Shown here: positions 1 through 11,699 of the stretch, piece by piece
How positions within the stretch are numbered: the first letter of the stretch is position 1
Layout: each line of letters opens with the position of its first letter
DNA from: Laetmonice hystrix
Taxonomy: Eukaryota
Assembly: GCA_965235115.1 (NCBI GenBank)
Contig: OZ249437.1
Location: forward strand, 49,662,001-49,726,000
Reading direction: 5' to 3'
Length of the DNA stretch: 64,000 nt
Made by a program: the position numbers and the translations under genes
Notes under the pieces: generated by a model
The model's input: the letters and a program-made list of their open reading frames with translations, nothing else
Database searches by the model: none
Told to the model about the DNA's origin: nothing

Positions 1-149
1 CTTAATATTGGTGTGCCTGGAGTTTTTTAATCTGTCAATCCGGAAGTAATAAATGCTCCTTTGATATTGAAGGTCATATCGTTAAAAGACTTGAATTGTT
101 CGGTTTATACCGGGGCATAGTTAGCCTCAGGCATTCAGCGATGTAAACA

Positions 150-2280
150 ACGAGTTCAATATCCCATCAAGGGGCGACAATAAGGATTTCAGAACAAACA
201 TATCAAGCTCCAGCAAGATACCTTTGAGGCAGACAAAGACTCATCATGAACTTCATCTTTTTTCTGCCTTCTAACTTTTAACAAATTTAATTTTCTGAGG
301 GTGAGAGTTCTTCGTGAACGGAAGGTCTGTTGTGCCTTGCATACATTGCGACAGCAAGATGGCATTGCTGCCACTTGCTCGTCAATTTGCGTGCCATGAC
401 TGATACTTTGCCATCAATAAGCACCAATAATCACGTACATGGCAGGGCTGGATCACCAACATGTGTTGGCCATTGCGGGCAGCGGCCGAGGACCCTTGTA
501 GTTGTTTATTAGTGCCACCGTGCCTGTCTACAACTAGTGATATATCGCGTGTGTATCGGCTTACCCCACCTGGCACCGAGTCCGTGCCGCTTGTATACAG
601 TGCCAGCATATGGCCGCCGTGCACTCCCACACTGTAGCAGAACGCCCAAACTCAACCTTGAGCTCAGCCGATAACGTCACTTCGCCCTCTCTTCATCTGT
701 CCTTGTCAGCGAGACCGTGCAACACTTTAGGGAGGTCCTTCACAAAACATGTGGGAAGGGTCTGCACTGACAAAGTACTCCTTACATTTCATGCCCGAGT
801 GAAAATCGCAAAGCATTGCAGAGGTAGTTAGAATGATAGATTCTAGAAGGCAGTTCCCACTGAATGACCGTGCCCTGCCGGGTGAAAACGCACTTTGGTT
901 TTTTACCGAGGTTCATCGACGTACGTACACATAACGTGCCTCTACAAGGATTCGAATGTTTCTATGATCGATGCTGCAGTGACAGAATCCGTCCACACTG
1001 ACAGCCCGTATAACCGCGCTGCTGTCGTCTGCTCGAGCAGGACTTCACTGACGCTCAAAGAACAGATGACTACAGCTGCGATTAGACCGCCAAGAACCCA
1101 GAACTCACAGATATTGTCTCCAGATCTACCCAGTCATTTCTCAGTCGTTCTCAGTCAGATTAACCAACCACACTCTCTCTCCTACTGAAGAAACTCCATG
1201 TTTCTGACCTAAAGAAGCTGGTCTCTCTGATGATCCACCTGGCCACCCAGATCGACAGTTCCCCTCCTGGTGCCAATGTCAGCAAACCCTACCGCACGTC
1301 TACCACTGCAATAAAGGCAGCATGGCGCCCCAATTAACACCGCTGCTTTATTTTGCTAATGCCGACAAATAAACGAACCGGCATGTGAAGGTCTGTTTAG
1401 ACGCCACCGCCGCCCAACTTTTCCTCCCAGGCTGGGTGAGCCTTTCTCTCGTCAATTTCCTCCACACGGTCATAATTCCTCATCACTGATGCCTTCCTGC
1501 TGCGCTGAAGCCGACGGGTTACTCATGACCTGTCGACGCACCAGATTATCGCAGAGATAAGCCTGTTTTATCAACAGTATCAGGGGAGGGGTTGCCATGT
1601 TTTGATCTGACATCAGAGGCTGTGTCATCAAAGCCAAGTCAGAGATGACTGAACAAGTAAACATGTTTGACTGCAGCCAGCAAGAAAACTCCAAGAGGTG
1701 CCAACCCCCAGCCACATACAGCTTCGTATTTCTACTATTCGACATATCATGATTCCTAGAAGTCGATCTTTATATGATATTATATATAACTTATTAAGAT
1801 ATTTTCATCCATGAAAAATGTTCTCATTTCTTCCCAAACTGGTTCGTGTGTTAAAAGTTACTTCGTTCTCGTCTAGTTTGGTTACTGAAGACAGTCGCTG
1901 AATGACTTCTTGAAGTACCCGCTTCTCCTTACCAAAGTTTCTCTGCAATTCGCAAAACTTCAGAACTTTTCGCATCCGATGTCTTCCATGAGAACGACCC
2001 ATGAGATATCGATATACATGCCCAGCTGGCAGGTTTATAGCTACTTAACGGGGCTGGATTTAAATAATCCGGTCTAAATCCTGACCACTAGGTCCCTCCT
2101 TGCACGGACCCTGGCCTCCAGTGGCGAACCGTGATGTAATCGGGGTCACTCCATGGCGTGTTTTCAATCTGAGGGTAATTTGTCGGTCAATAGTTGAGGG
2201 GTTAGTGAGGGCGTGTTGGGGTGGCTGAGAGTGCGCACACCAGCATGTGGGTGGGATCCAACCGTGGACCAACTGTTTCC
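150..2280 (-). mobile_element. Decayed BEL/Pao LTR retrotransposon, RNase H end to integrase
   Basis: Minus-strand translation across frameshifts gives BEL motifs in the correct order: TNPSTIDR (~NPADxxSRG), RAVSVD (~RAVHLE), GKKPKCVFTRQGT (~GxPxxIxSDNGT, ~870-908), VTLSAELKVE (~LTxEEL), LINNYKGPRPL (~LNSRPL, 480-512), SPAMYVIIG (~LTPAHFLIG, 423-449). By-eye motif match. Confidence 0.55.
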
Positions 2281-2699
2281 AGGAATAAATCCTAGAAATA
2301 AATCATGGAGATTAATGCTAAATATAAATCACTCCTACAAGGAGGTATGGCCAGTTAGTCTTACTCAGCACTTGGTCGTTATTTGAGACATACGTCTGAA
2401 AAATACGGCTTGAAAAGCGCTCGGTAACAGGAGATAGAATTAAATCTAAGGTCTAAAGAACACTGTAAACTCGCGGATCTTTTTTTTTACAAATTAGCGT
2501 TGTACAAGTATGGTTTGCCGTGGCGTGATCACATTGAACAGTACACAGTTGGAGAGACCGGACAGCAATCATCTCTATTCATTTCTCACTTTACCCGCCT
2601 ACAGCTGTCCCACCGGTACAGCTCGAGTTGCCATGCAGCTGATTCAGATGAGCTGAATTACATTTTCCTAGCTGAATTAATGTAACTGATACAATGTAA

Positions 2700-4250
2700 C
2701 CAGCACCTGAGAGCGACTCTCTGGTTTATAAGGCGTGTTCCTGGCATACAAAGGGCTTGTCCTCGGATTGCCCACCCGATAACGCATGTTCTCTCCTTCA
2801 AAGAAGAGAGCATTCTGTTGGTCTCTCCTTCTTCAAGAAAAAGGGTTTTCGCCAAGCGTCCCTCGTGGTGGGCTGAGATAGACAAGTCCCTAGATTACTA
2901 GTCAATCACAAACGGTTCAAGGTTAGCTTTAGGGTTAGTCTCATTTTGAGGGAATTCTCCACCCATTGCGCCCACCACTAGCCGCGTTGGATGAAACCCT
3001 CTTCTTGAAAAAGGAGAGACCACGAGATCTCTCTCTTGTTGAAGAAGGAGAGAACATGCGTATCGGCTGGCTTGGTAGTGGCACATCTGGCCCAGATAAT
3101 ACACCGGTTTCTACGCCACACACAGGGCATTTCACCAAAACTTGTCTGATTAATAGAAAAAGTCAGCATGGGCTTTTCAAAGAGCCCAACTGTTTTAACA
3201 AATGTTTTTCGTCCAGACCACGCAATCAGTTATCTAAAGGACCTTTTATCTGCTCTGATGCCCTCACCTTGCGGAGGTAAAAGTTATGTATTTTTCGTCA
3301 AGGATAAACAGGGTACACAAGGGTGGTTGTGGTTGTACTAGACGGAATGTGTGAGGCTCGGGTTGGGGTGTGACGACGATATAGGATAGGGTTGTAGCAG
3401 AGGGGTTCCACCTCCCAACACTACAACAGTCGACAGGCATGGGATCCTGAGAAAACAAACAGACACGGTAATGTGGTCACATGTATTCTACGTTTCTCGC
3501 CGCTGTTTATCACTTGACCAGGTTTCACGAATGCTCAGAAAGAAAATACCTCGCCTTAACCATTCTCGTTCTTCGTCCATCAGCATTTCTACCTCCGCGC
3601 AATTCACGGTTTTATTACTCGTACAAATTTCATCAGTCCTCGGAGAATTTCTTCAACAGCACCGTCAATCAGGCAGAAGCGGCAGAATGAATTACATTCC
3701 CTCCGGGCACAATCCATTTCTGTGCCGTAAACATCAGCCCGAATGTTTTTTCAACCTGTAAAAGTTTCTTGTTTTCAAACCGTTTCCTTCTGTTCCAACA
3801 GTCCCCTGAAATTTACCACGTTCAGCTTAATGCGAATCTGAATCTTTTGTGGGACCCTGATGGATAACAGTGAAAAAATACACGATTCTCTGCAGGCCCC
3901 TCCTCCATCCCATCCCAGCAAAAAAATTATTTGATGACACAATTCTATTTCCCCGTTTTTGAACTTCACCTTTCGCCCTCCAAGTTGTTCCAAGATGGTC
4001 GCCTTCTCACTTCTCACCATCAGGAAACGCCTCGTTCAAGTTAGAACTCACGCTTCCACCATCTCATCACCCAAACATGAAGGCAACACATTCTGGGTCA
4101 GAGATGATGAGTATTTTTAGGGTTGCTCCAGTCAGACCTGCGTTCCTTCATGCCTCATATGTTATCCTCTTACAAGACTCATTGAGACTGACCGGGCCTC
4201 GGCCGGTGACAAGGACATGCCCTCTCCCTCAAAGTACATCTGCCTGGACG
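2700..4250 (+). mobile_element. Decayed Penelope-like retroelement RT (possible GIY-YIG tail)
   Basis: QQSTGMGS at 3424-3447 (~QxxGxAMGSP), followed by CLSLDQVSRMLR...LNHSRSSSISISTS (~post-YVDD FLxxLNxxHPSIxFT); weak GIY-YIG-like tail near 4020-4200. Highly degenerate. Confidence 0.35.
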
Positions 4251-4517
4251 CAACACGAGCAGACATCTCTCCGTACTTCACACCCTTCTTTACCACTCCT
4301 ACATACCGCTGTACAGGCCTCCTGTGGCTGTCCTTCTCAACAGGTCCGTGTGGGTGCCCACAGCCCTACACTTCTCAGCATCCCTGGGACTCCACAAACA
4401 TTTTATATCTGCCATAATAGAAGTATTTCATCGACATGCTCTCCTGCAGATTCAGCCAACTTTTTCAATCCATCCTAAGTCTTTTAAACAATTCTCCTAC
4501 ACACGCAACTTCAGCCT

Positions 4518-4713
4518 TGAAATGTTCCAGACCTAATCCTTTTTTGTACGCATATTTGACTTTTTTGAAACTCTTAAGAGTCTCGAACATTCAACTTTTT
4601 CGCTTTAGCAACCATACTTCTTCTGAACACTTCCCTCATATTTATAACTCCACCCTTGACATGTTTCAGACCTAATCCCTTTTTGCACATAAATTTGATT
4701 TCTTTGAAACTCT
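4518..4713. repeat. Diverged direct repeat (~57-bp conserved core, ~140-bp spacing)
   Basis: tgaaatgttccagacctaatcctttttt...tttgaaactct at ~4518-4574 versus tgacatgtttcagacctaatcccttttt...tttgaaactct at ~4657-4713. Confidence 0.75.
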
Positions 4714-4986
4714 GGGAGATTGCATCTTTTTCTGCATTGCTCTATTTGATGTACATGTACGTGTTAGCCTTGAGGCAGGCAGACACGGCCCTTCCAGTAG
4801 GTCTAGTCTGGTTAATTACAGACAAGACAAACTGCTCACTACCTAATTCATTGCTCCATCGTGGTAAGACCAAATCACCGCCATTAATCAAAGAGCAACA
4901 TGTTAGCGGGGCTGTGTCCACAACAAATTACATCTGCCAGGTCCGACCGTCTGCTGGCATTGGTTTGTGTGGAGTGTCGGGGTGGC

Positions 4987-5038
4987 GGCCGGGGCCGGGG
5001 CCGGGGCCGGGGCCGGGGCCGGGGCCGGGGCCGGGGCC
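4987..5038 (+). repeat. (GGGGCC)8 hexanucleotide microsatellite, G-quadruplex-capable
   Basis: Eight perfect GGGGCC units at 4991-5038 preceded by GGCC. Confidence 0.97.
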
Positions 5039-5389
5039 GTCCGGTGGTAACGAACCAGCCGGCCGGCAGTCGGTCGGTCAGTCAGTCAGTCGGACTCTGG
5101 TCACATCTTACCCCCTCCCACCCATGGTCAGATCGACTTACCCTCTGACGACTGTCTCCAGTCGGCTGGTAACCATCGGACAGCATGTCTCAGTTCTCGT
5201 GTTTCCAAACACTGTCAGTGATAGCGGGCCATCTGGGCAATATCTCTGACCACCATCCCGCCACCGGTCAGCCACATTCACCACTCAATCAATCAATAAC
5301 GACTCTTTGACTTTCAATTATTTCATATGCTCTCAATGTTACATTGATGTGCGCCAAGCTGGACTGTGACTGTGAGGTACCTGACCGGC

Positions 5390-6400
5390 TTTAACAGCTT
5401 GTATCCATGTCACAAATTATTGTGTAGTTACACTGGACGGCACCTTCACACAAAACGTGGGATTCATACTTCAATATCATACGATATATTTCTGTCAGGC
5501 TGTACGCTGATAAGTTTACGGGATGATTGATGTCATAGAGCCCCCCCCCCCCTTCTCCCACACCCACATCCTTCACTCCATGGTGGTTGGATTTACCTGA
5601 CTGACCCTCCACCCCCTTCGCCCTCAGTGGCGGTCTTTGGCGGGGCCTTCCCTCGCTATCTGCTATTTTAAACCACCCCGCTGCCTGCCACATGGCCCGA
5701 GGGCTTGGTGTTTGATCCCCGAGGGTTCACACCCCCTCCCCTGATCCACCCCACACCTACAGGTGTGTAATATAATAGCCGTGATCCATCACACCTGCCC
5801 GCTGATCCCGATGTTAACATATTCGTCGAGACCCAGGCGTAAACCTCTGGATTCAAGTCGAGCTGGGACAAATCCATCATAGTCCTCCTAACCCCAGGTA
5901 GCTCATTGGGACATCATGCAGAATTATACGGTCTCATGAGACTTGTGAAGGTACCATGTCCTATATAAGAGTATCCATTTCAGAATGTACCAATGAGCCT
6001 CTTTCATATCCTGCACGACTTCTGGTATCTTTTCTTCAGGACCGTTATTCGATGGTCATCACTGATGACAATGAGACGTGGTCCAGCATATTGTTGTTTC
6101 ACTGCGTTCATTGTTGGCCTTGCCCCCACACCTCCGCCCCCTCCACCCCCTACTCCGGCCTCTGAAGCCGTCCCACGCTCAAGCTGTCCCACACTCGATG
6201 CACAAATGGCCTGCTAGTACCAGATACTGCCATTTGCTCCTGCTGCTGCTGGTTCCTCCTCCTCCCCTCCGCCATCTCATGACCACATCCCTAACATTTT
6301 ATGATTGCCTTGGGAGCAATCAATTGGCCAACTTGACCACGCAGATATATAGATAGGCTTGGTCAGTTGCATGCCTCAGCCCTCTATGAAGACAGGGCTT
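5390..6400 (-). mobile_element. Decayed Gypsy integrase (core C-half and tail)
   Basis: TMNAVKQQYAGPRLIVISDDHR (~ERxNRTLxxML..VSDDHRDW) in ORF 6004..6192; tail GQSGKSNHHG...YDI..LSAYSLTEIYRM resembles GxSxKL..W.GPY..LSDVxYRI. Confidence 0.35.
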
Positions 6401-6527
6401 CAGCCATCAGTAACGGGTGATTGACTGGTGGAAAGGTTCGAGGATGGGTCCTCGAGGCCCACCACGACTGGGAGAGCAGCTACGTGACCACTGACTGCGA
6501 GTACACCATTCCGCTGGAAACAGGTCT

Positions 6528-7614
6528 CCAAAACTGTGATACCGAAGTGTTGACTGGGCAGGCCATCCCGTCCTGGTCACCAAAACTGTGATACAGAAGT
6601 GTTGACTGGGCAGGCCATCCCGTCCTGGTCACCAAAACTGTGATACAGAAGTGTGGACTGGGCAGGCCATCCCGTCCTGGTCACCAAAACTTTGATACAG
6701 AAGTGTTGACTGGCCAGGCCATCCCGTCCTGGTCACCAAAACCTTGATACAGAAGTGTTGACTGGGCAGGCCATCCCGTCCTGGTCACCAAAACTTTGAT
6801 ACAGAAGTGTTGACTGGGCAGGCCATCCCGTCCTGGTCACCAAAACCTTGATACAGAAGTGTTGACTGGGCAGGCCATCCCGTCCTGGTCACCAAAACTT
6901 TGATACAGAAGTGTGGACTGGGCAGGCCATCCCGTCCTGGTCACCAAAACTTTGATACAGAAGTGTTGACTGGGCAGGCCATCCCGTCCTGGTCACCAAA
7001 ACTTTGATACAGAAGTGTTGACTGGGCAGGCCATCCCGTCCTGGTCACCAAAACTTTGATACAGAAGTGTGGACTGGGCAGGCCATCCCGTCCTGGTCAC
7101 CAAAACTTTGATACAGAAGTGTGGACTGGGCAGGCCATCCCGTCCTGGTCACCAAAACTTTGATACAGAAGTGTTGACTGGGCAGGCCATCCCGTCCTGG
7201 TCACCAAAACTTTGATACAGAAGTGTTGACTGGGCAGGCCATCCCGTCCTGGTCACCAAAACTTTGATACAGAAGTGTTGACTGGGCAGGCCATCGCGTC
7301 CTGGTCACCAAAACTTTGATACAGAAGTGTGGACTGGGCAGGCCATCCCGTCCTGGTCACCAAAACTTTGATACAGAAGTGTGGACTGGGCAGGCCATCC
7401 CGTCCTGGTCACCAAAACTTTGATACAGAAGTGTGGACTGGGCAGGCCATCCCGTCCTGGTCACCAAAACTTTGATACAGAAGTGTTGACTGGGCAGGCC
7501 ATCCCGTCCTGGTCACCAAAACTTTGATACAGAAGTGTGGACTGGGCAGGCCATCCCGTCCTGGTCACCAAAACTTTGATACAGAAGTGTGGACTGGGCA
7601 GGCCATCCCGTCCT
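6528..7614. repeat. Minisatellite, 52-bp unit x ~21
   Basis: Unit CCAAAACTTTGATACAGAAGTGT(T/G)GACTGGGCAGGCCATCCCGTCCTGGTCA; unit starts at 6528, 6580 ... 7568 (exact 52-bp period, 20 full units plus one 47-bp unit); only a few variant positions. Confidence 0.98.
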
Positions 7615-7800
7615 CTCATACCATTCTATTTCAAGGACCTCATTAGGGAGCATAAACCACCAACACATCTCCTGCTCCAACTCTGCCCGCAGAATAATGA
7701 ACTTCAGTCTGTTTTTTCCGTAACCCTTCCCTGACTGAGAGTACCAGTAAATCGTGTATTTAAGGGATTATTCCTACAGATAACCATACATTACCACTGC
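7614..7800 (+). mobile_element. Possible L2/CR1-group LINE 3' ORF2 remnant
   Basis: PFYFKDLIREHKPPTHLL (~APxYLxDLIxxYxPxRxLRS) directly after the array. Confidence 0.3.
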
Positions 7801-7949
7801 TTGTAGGGCGTCACCTAACAAAGTAAACCCTTCAGTGTTAAAACCGAAGCGTGAAGTAATCCCAAACTAACAGCAGCGTTCTAAGCCTATCGTTTTTGTC
7901 TGCCTGAGAGGCCAGTTATTTCCTAGCGTAGAGCTGTGATCGGATTCAG

Positions 7950-10250
7950 TCAGTAAGCCACAGCCTCCCTATCCTCTTCCTCCTTTCATAACGAGTGTAG
8001 AGGAATGAGGTTCTGTCGGGCTGAAGTGTGAGATGTTTCAATGGCAGACTTATCCCGCATACAAGGCACGACCCTTGAGACGTCCACCGTTAGGCAAAAC
8101 TTGATTGGGTTTTGTAAACCGTGCGACCAAAGGCTGCGCACCTGCATTTCCCTCAGCATGGATGGCTCCTTTTCAACGGGTGAAATGATCCTGGATTAGT
8201 ATGCATGGAAGACGGTCCTTAATCCGTCCTAGGGTATTCTATATTTAAATCTGGCTCACTCTCCTGAGACTACACCCAAATACCCCAGGTTGGTGATTAA
8301 CCAAGTCGTACGCTCACATACCATGAGATTAAAAGGGCTAAACTGGATTTAGATCCGTCAGCTGTCTCGTCCCCCTAGGTGAGGACCAGCGATCATAATA
8401 TATAGATAAAAGCAGTTAATGAATTAGAGCATTAAAGAAACAAAAATAAAAGTCGAGAAAACTGATGCCACTTCTCACCCTGGTTATTGCTGTGGCATCG
8501 GAATGGAGTATCCAAGCTGGTTCAACCTTCCAATGGTAGGTCGTATAGGAAAACAAAAATAGCCTTTCACTCACGTCCAATGACAGCTGAGTTCGAGCCA
8601 CATATTTTCTGTAATTGAACGAACCGTCGGCCCGCACTAAAACCGTGACGGCATGGAAATACAGTCATGTTAGCAGTTTCTGGACGTCGTGGTTTTTACG
8701 TCCGGACGTTCACCCGCAACTTGCCTGCTAACTTCTCTGACATGTACTTTCACAGCAGGTACAGCTGAAATCCAATTACGGCCTCTAATATATTTTAATA
8801 GACAAATTGTGATCCATAATTGGCCCAACCAGACGGCTACAGTCTCCGCGTTCCCCATCAGACAGCTCGGCCGCCAGCGCCTTTCAGGGTGCGTTATACC
8901 ATTAGTTTCACAGGCTTGTCATAGAGGGAGCCTCTATAGCATGAAAGGAACAGCGCGCACTGTCAAGACAGGCTACGGTAGCACTCCATGGATTTTTAAT
9001 GAAGGGGGATCCATGAAGTCTTCATGAGGCCTTTTCACGTACACTTTCGTGCCTTTTCACCATCACGACCTTCAGTTCCCCGCGACCGATTAATTCCTAT
9101 CGTAAAACACTTAAATCCATGATATGGTAGAATCTACTACTATCGAGATGTGAAAGTTTCCAATAGAGATGAATCATATTTTTCTAGTTTATGTAAAGAA
9201 TCATGAAATTCTTCCTATTCGTCGTTCAGATTTAACCTGTAAATGTGTTATAAGTTGAACGGCATCCACAGCAGCAGATCATGCTCAATATATTGACGAT
9301 CGGTTTTCAGCGAAGAAGACTACAACCATCCTTGACGAACAACCCCCGCGTTGAATGGTTGTGACAACCACAAGGCGTTTTTCGTACAAGTTCATCCAAA
9401 GGTGCCCTCCCTCCACGGGATGACAACCACAAGTCCCGGCAGAGGGCGCCCTCGCCGCCCCACTCTGACTGAGAAGGTCTCCCCACAGTAAACACGACCA
9501 GGAGGACATTTATTGACATGGCCATCAGCTCGGCATGACTTGTTACACGTCGTCCAGGCCAGTGCTCAGTCTGGCCACTGGAAGAGGTCGGGACCCCAAG
9601 CCTTTACAACTGCAACAATCGGCCAGATTGGCTGCCCATTCCTGACCACGCCTTCTATTGGGACAGGGCGGCGGCCGGGCCAACTCCACAATAGTATCAA
9701 TGGTGGGTGGCTGTGTGTGACTGCGAACGGCTCCAGCGTTCCGACTCGAGAGCTCTGCTACCTCAGAGAGTCCATGCCAGCCAAGGTCATACTGCAACCA
9801 TTCGAGGCCCCATTCTCGTCCCAGCACCCATCGCATGTACAAACTCTTCCAGCACAATCTGATCTTATCACACGCACATTACGAATGATGGATTGCTATT
9901 CGTATTTCAAGCACACTGCAATAAATGCAATGTTGGCTGCAGGCAGTCCAGTGCAATAGAACTGCTATTCTTGTCTACAATCCAACTGTGCGCAATATTT
10001 AAGTCGTATCAGTCCTTTCACTTGACTTCAGCTACTGCTCCATTAGATTTCCATCCCTGCTTGTTGTGAGTGTGGCTTGACCACTGGCAAGGATTGTGTG
10101 GAAGCAGTGAATCCGACTGAGCGGGGTTCACTCCATAGACTTTACTGAAAGCAAGCAGGCATGTTTACTGGAAGGTGTCCTGCGTGAATGGAAAGCAAAG
10201 CCTTGATGCTCTCCGTGTAAACAGTACATGTATATAATTTATATTATGAC
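7950..10250 (-). mobile_element. Decayed BEL/Pao LTR retrotransposon, RNase H plus integrase
   Basis: In order on the minus strand: IRLKYCAQL (~IPRLELCAAL, ~9983-10010), HWTACSQHCIY (~WTDSxxxLxWI), FVxNRV-like, LGWHG (~LWWxGP, ~9770-9785), RGRNWISAVPAVKVHVREV (~RxxYWIxxxRxxVK), F*CGPTV (~DYxGP), KGYFCF (~KxYxCLF), IYYDR (~IYSDN). Confidence 0.65.
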
Positions 10251-10399
10251 AAAAATAAACAATCACTGAAAGTCAGTCAAGAAGAAATCTAACATAACCA
10301 TACGCTTCTTTGCACATGGGTTTTTTTTTTTATCTCTACCGAGGGAACTCTACAATAAACACACTCGTTAAAAGATTTGACAATCAAGATCATCGTCAA

Positions 10400-10800
10400 A
10401 ATATATTGCATTTCATAATGCGGTAAGTCGGACTCTCTTCAGGAGCAGTTATAATGAACAACGGTTATGAACGATTGGTCAAGAAGGGTGACAGGTCGGT
10501 TATTGCCCTGGTATATTACCACGATCCAACGCTCAACTACTTGTCCCCAGACGCGCTGTTCAAAGGGTCACGGACCTGGATTATTACGACGCCTGAAGCA
10601 GACGGGCAGACCGTCTACACTCTACAACGTCGGCCCACCTATCGTGACAACCAGACTCGAGTACAAGACCAACCTGCTAACACGGCCAATGATGGAGACG
10701 CTCTGCCTTCTCAAGGACTGCTTAAATACACCCATTGCCGCGCTCCCTTCGATACGCTATATCGATGTGCACCATCTAGGTACTTCTAAAACTCTCAAAA
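10400..10800 (+). mobile_element. Gypsy integrase C-terminal remnant
   Basis: ORF 10454..10789: NNGYERLVKK...ALVYYHDPTLNYLSPDALFKGSRTWIITTP (~SNGxAERxV...ALLxYRxTPxxxGxSPAELLxGRxLRTxLP). Confidence 0.5.
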
Positions 10801-11049
10801 AGACAGTCAAACACACCGTTTCCAGAAGCAATCTTTTTTTATATATCTCCAACATGAATCCACAGAGTTATCCCTAGCCACTCTCCACTCAGCTCCGCGC
10901 CGTTGAAACCTTTCGTTGAGCCCTGCATACCGTCATCTCTGCAGACTTTTTACCAAGTGCCATATGTGTATTCTAGTTTACAGAGTGGTAAGTGGCCGTC
11001 TTTGATAAAGTAAGCCATGTGCGTCAAACGTACGTATCATTACAAGCAG

Positions 11050-11400
11050 CCTCGGGATGTTCTGGTGAACGTCTCGGTAGGGCCCACCCTGATTCTGTGA
11101 GAACTGGCGAAAGCAATGCCTCAAAATCCAATTACCTGGGTCCCCCAAACACTGACAAACTACACCACCACGCCGAAAAACAACTTCTACTGGTAGTTTT
11201 TCAAATCACAGAATCTTTGCCCCCAATAAATTTAGTTTTCAACCGCTCAAAAAACAAATGTGGAAAACATACATATAACTATGGTACGGTTCTCTCACAG
11301 AAATATAAACCGTCCGAGGTGTTAGTTGAACGGATTCCACACACGTGTGTATTCTCTCTCAGACCCCTACCTCTGCTCAGTACTGTGTTCACCAAACTGG
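11050..11400 (+). mobile_element. Possible Crack/L2-type LINE 3' ORF2 remnant
   Basis: VFQITESLPPINLVFNRSKNKCGKHTYNYG (~FMxKxxNxLPxxFxxxF....HxYNTR) in ORF 10992..11492. Confidence 0.3.
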
Positions 11401-11699
11401 CCTCAAGTGACCCCCGGGGACCCGTTTCTCTGCTCGTTTTTTATGCCAGCCACACTGTTCAGGTCCCCTACTTCTACTTGAAAAGCCATTAGCAATTCAA
11501 AGACGAGAAAGTCCCCTTTAGGAATTGCATAAATACATAATGCATCATATGAAGCCATCTATTGTTCTTGGTCCCCCGCATATATAAAACAGGGACCTGT
11601 GCGGCGTGACGTCTTTAGGCAGCGTCCTTGTCGGTCCAACCTTTCTCATAACTTTCAGTTTCTTATCATTACAACCACACAAATCATTACAAACAGCGA

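Noticed and set aside
730-780. FVSADPSHMF as a P-element/THAP9 'DxPHL' motif
   Set aside because: Surrounding motifs on both sides fit a BEL integrase (FxPPxAPHxGG region).
5060-5100. Homology between 5040-5100 and the reverse complement of 63550-63620
   Set aside because: The similarity is limited to a (CAGT)n microsatellite; the flanks do not align.
4656-5249. 197-aa ORF with a (GP)n tract as a real gene
   Set aside because: No recognisable domain; its length is explained by GC-rich, stop-poor microsatellites (GGGGCC, CAGT).
6528-7614. CRISPR array (also considered for 21601-21832, 25806-26540, 32031-32412, 53805-54081)
   Set aside because: The units are head-to-tail with no unique spacers, there are no cas genes, and the context is eukaryotic.
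9280-9310. YIDD on + as an RT catalytic motif
   Set aside because: No flanking RT motifs, and it lies antisense within the well-supported BEL remnant, so it is likely chance.
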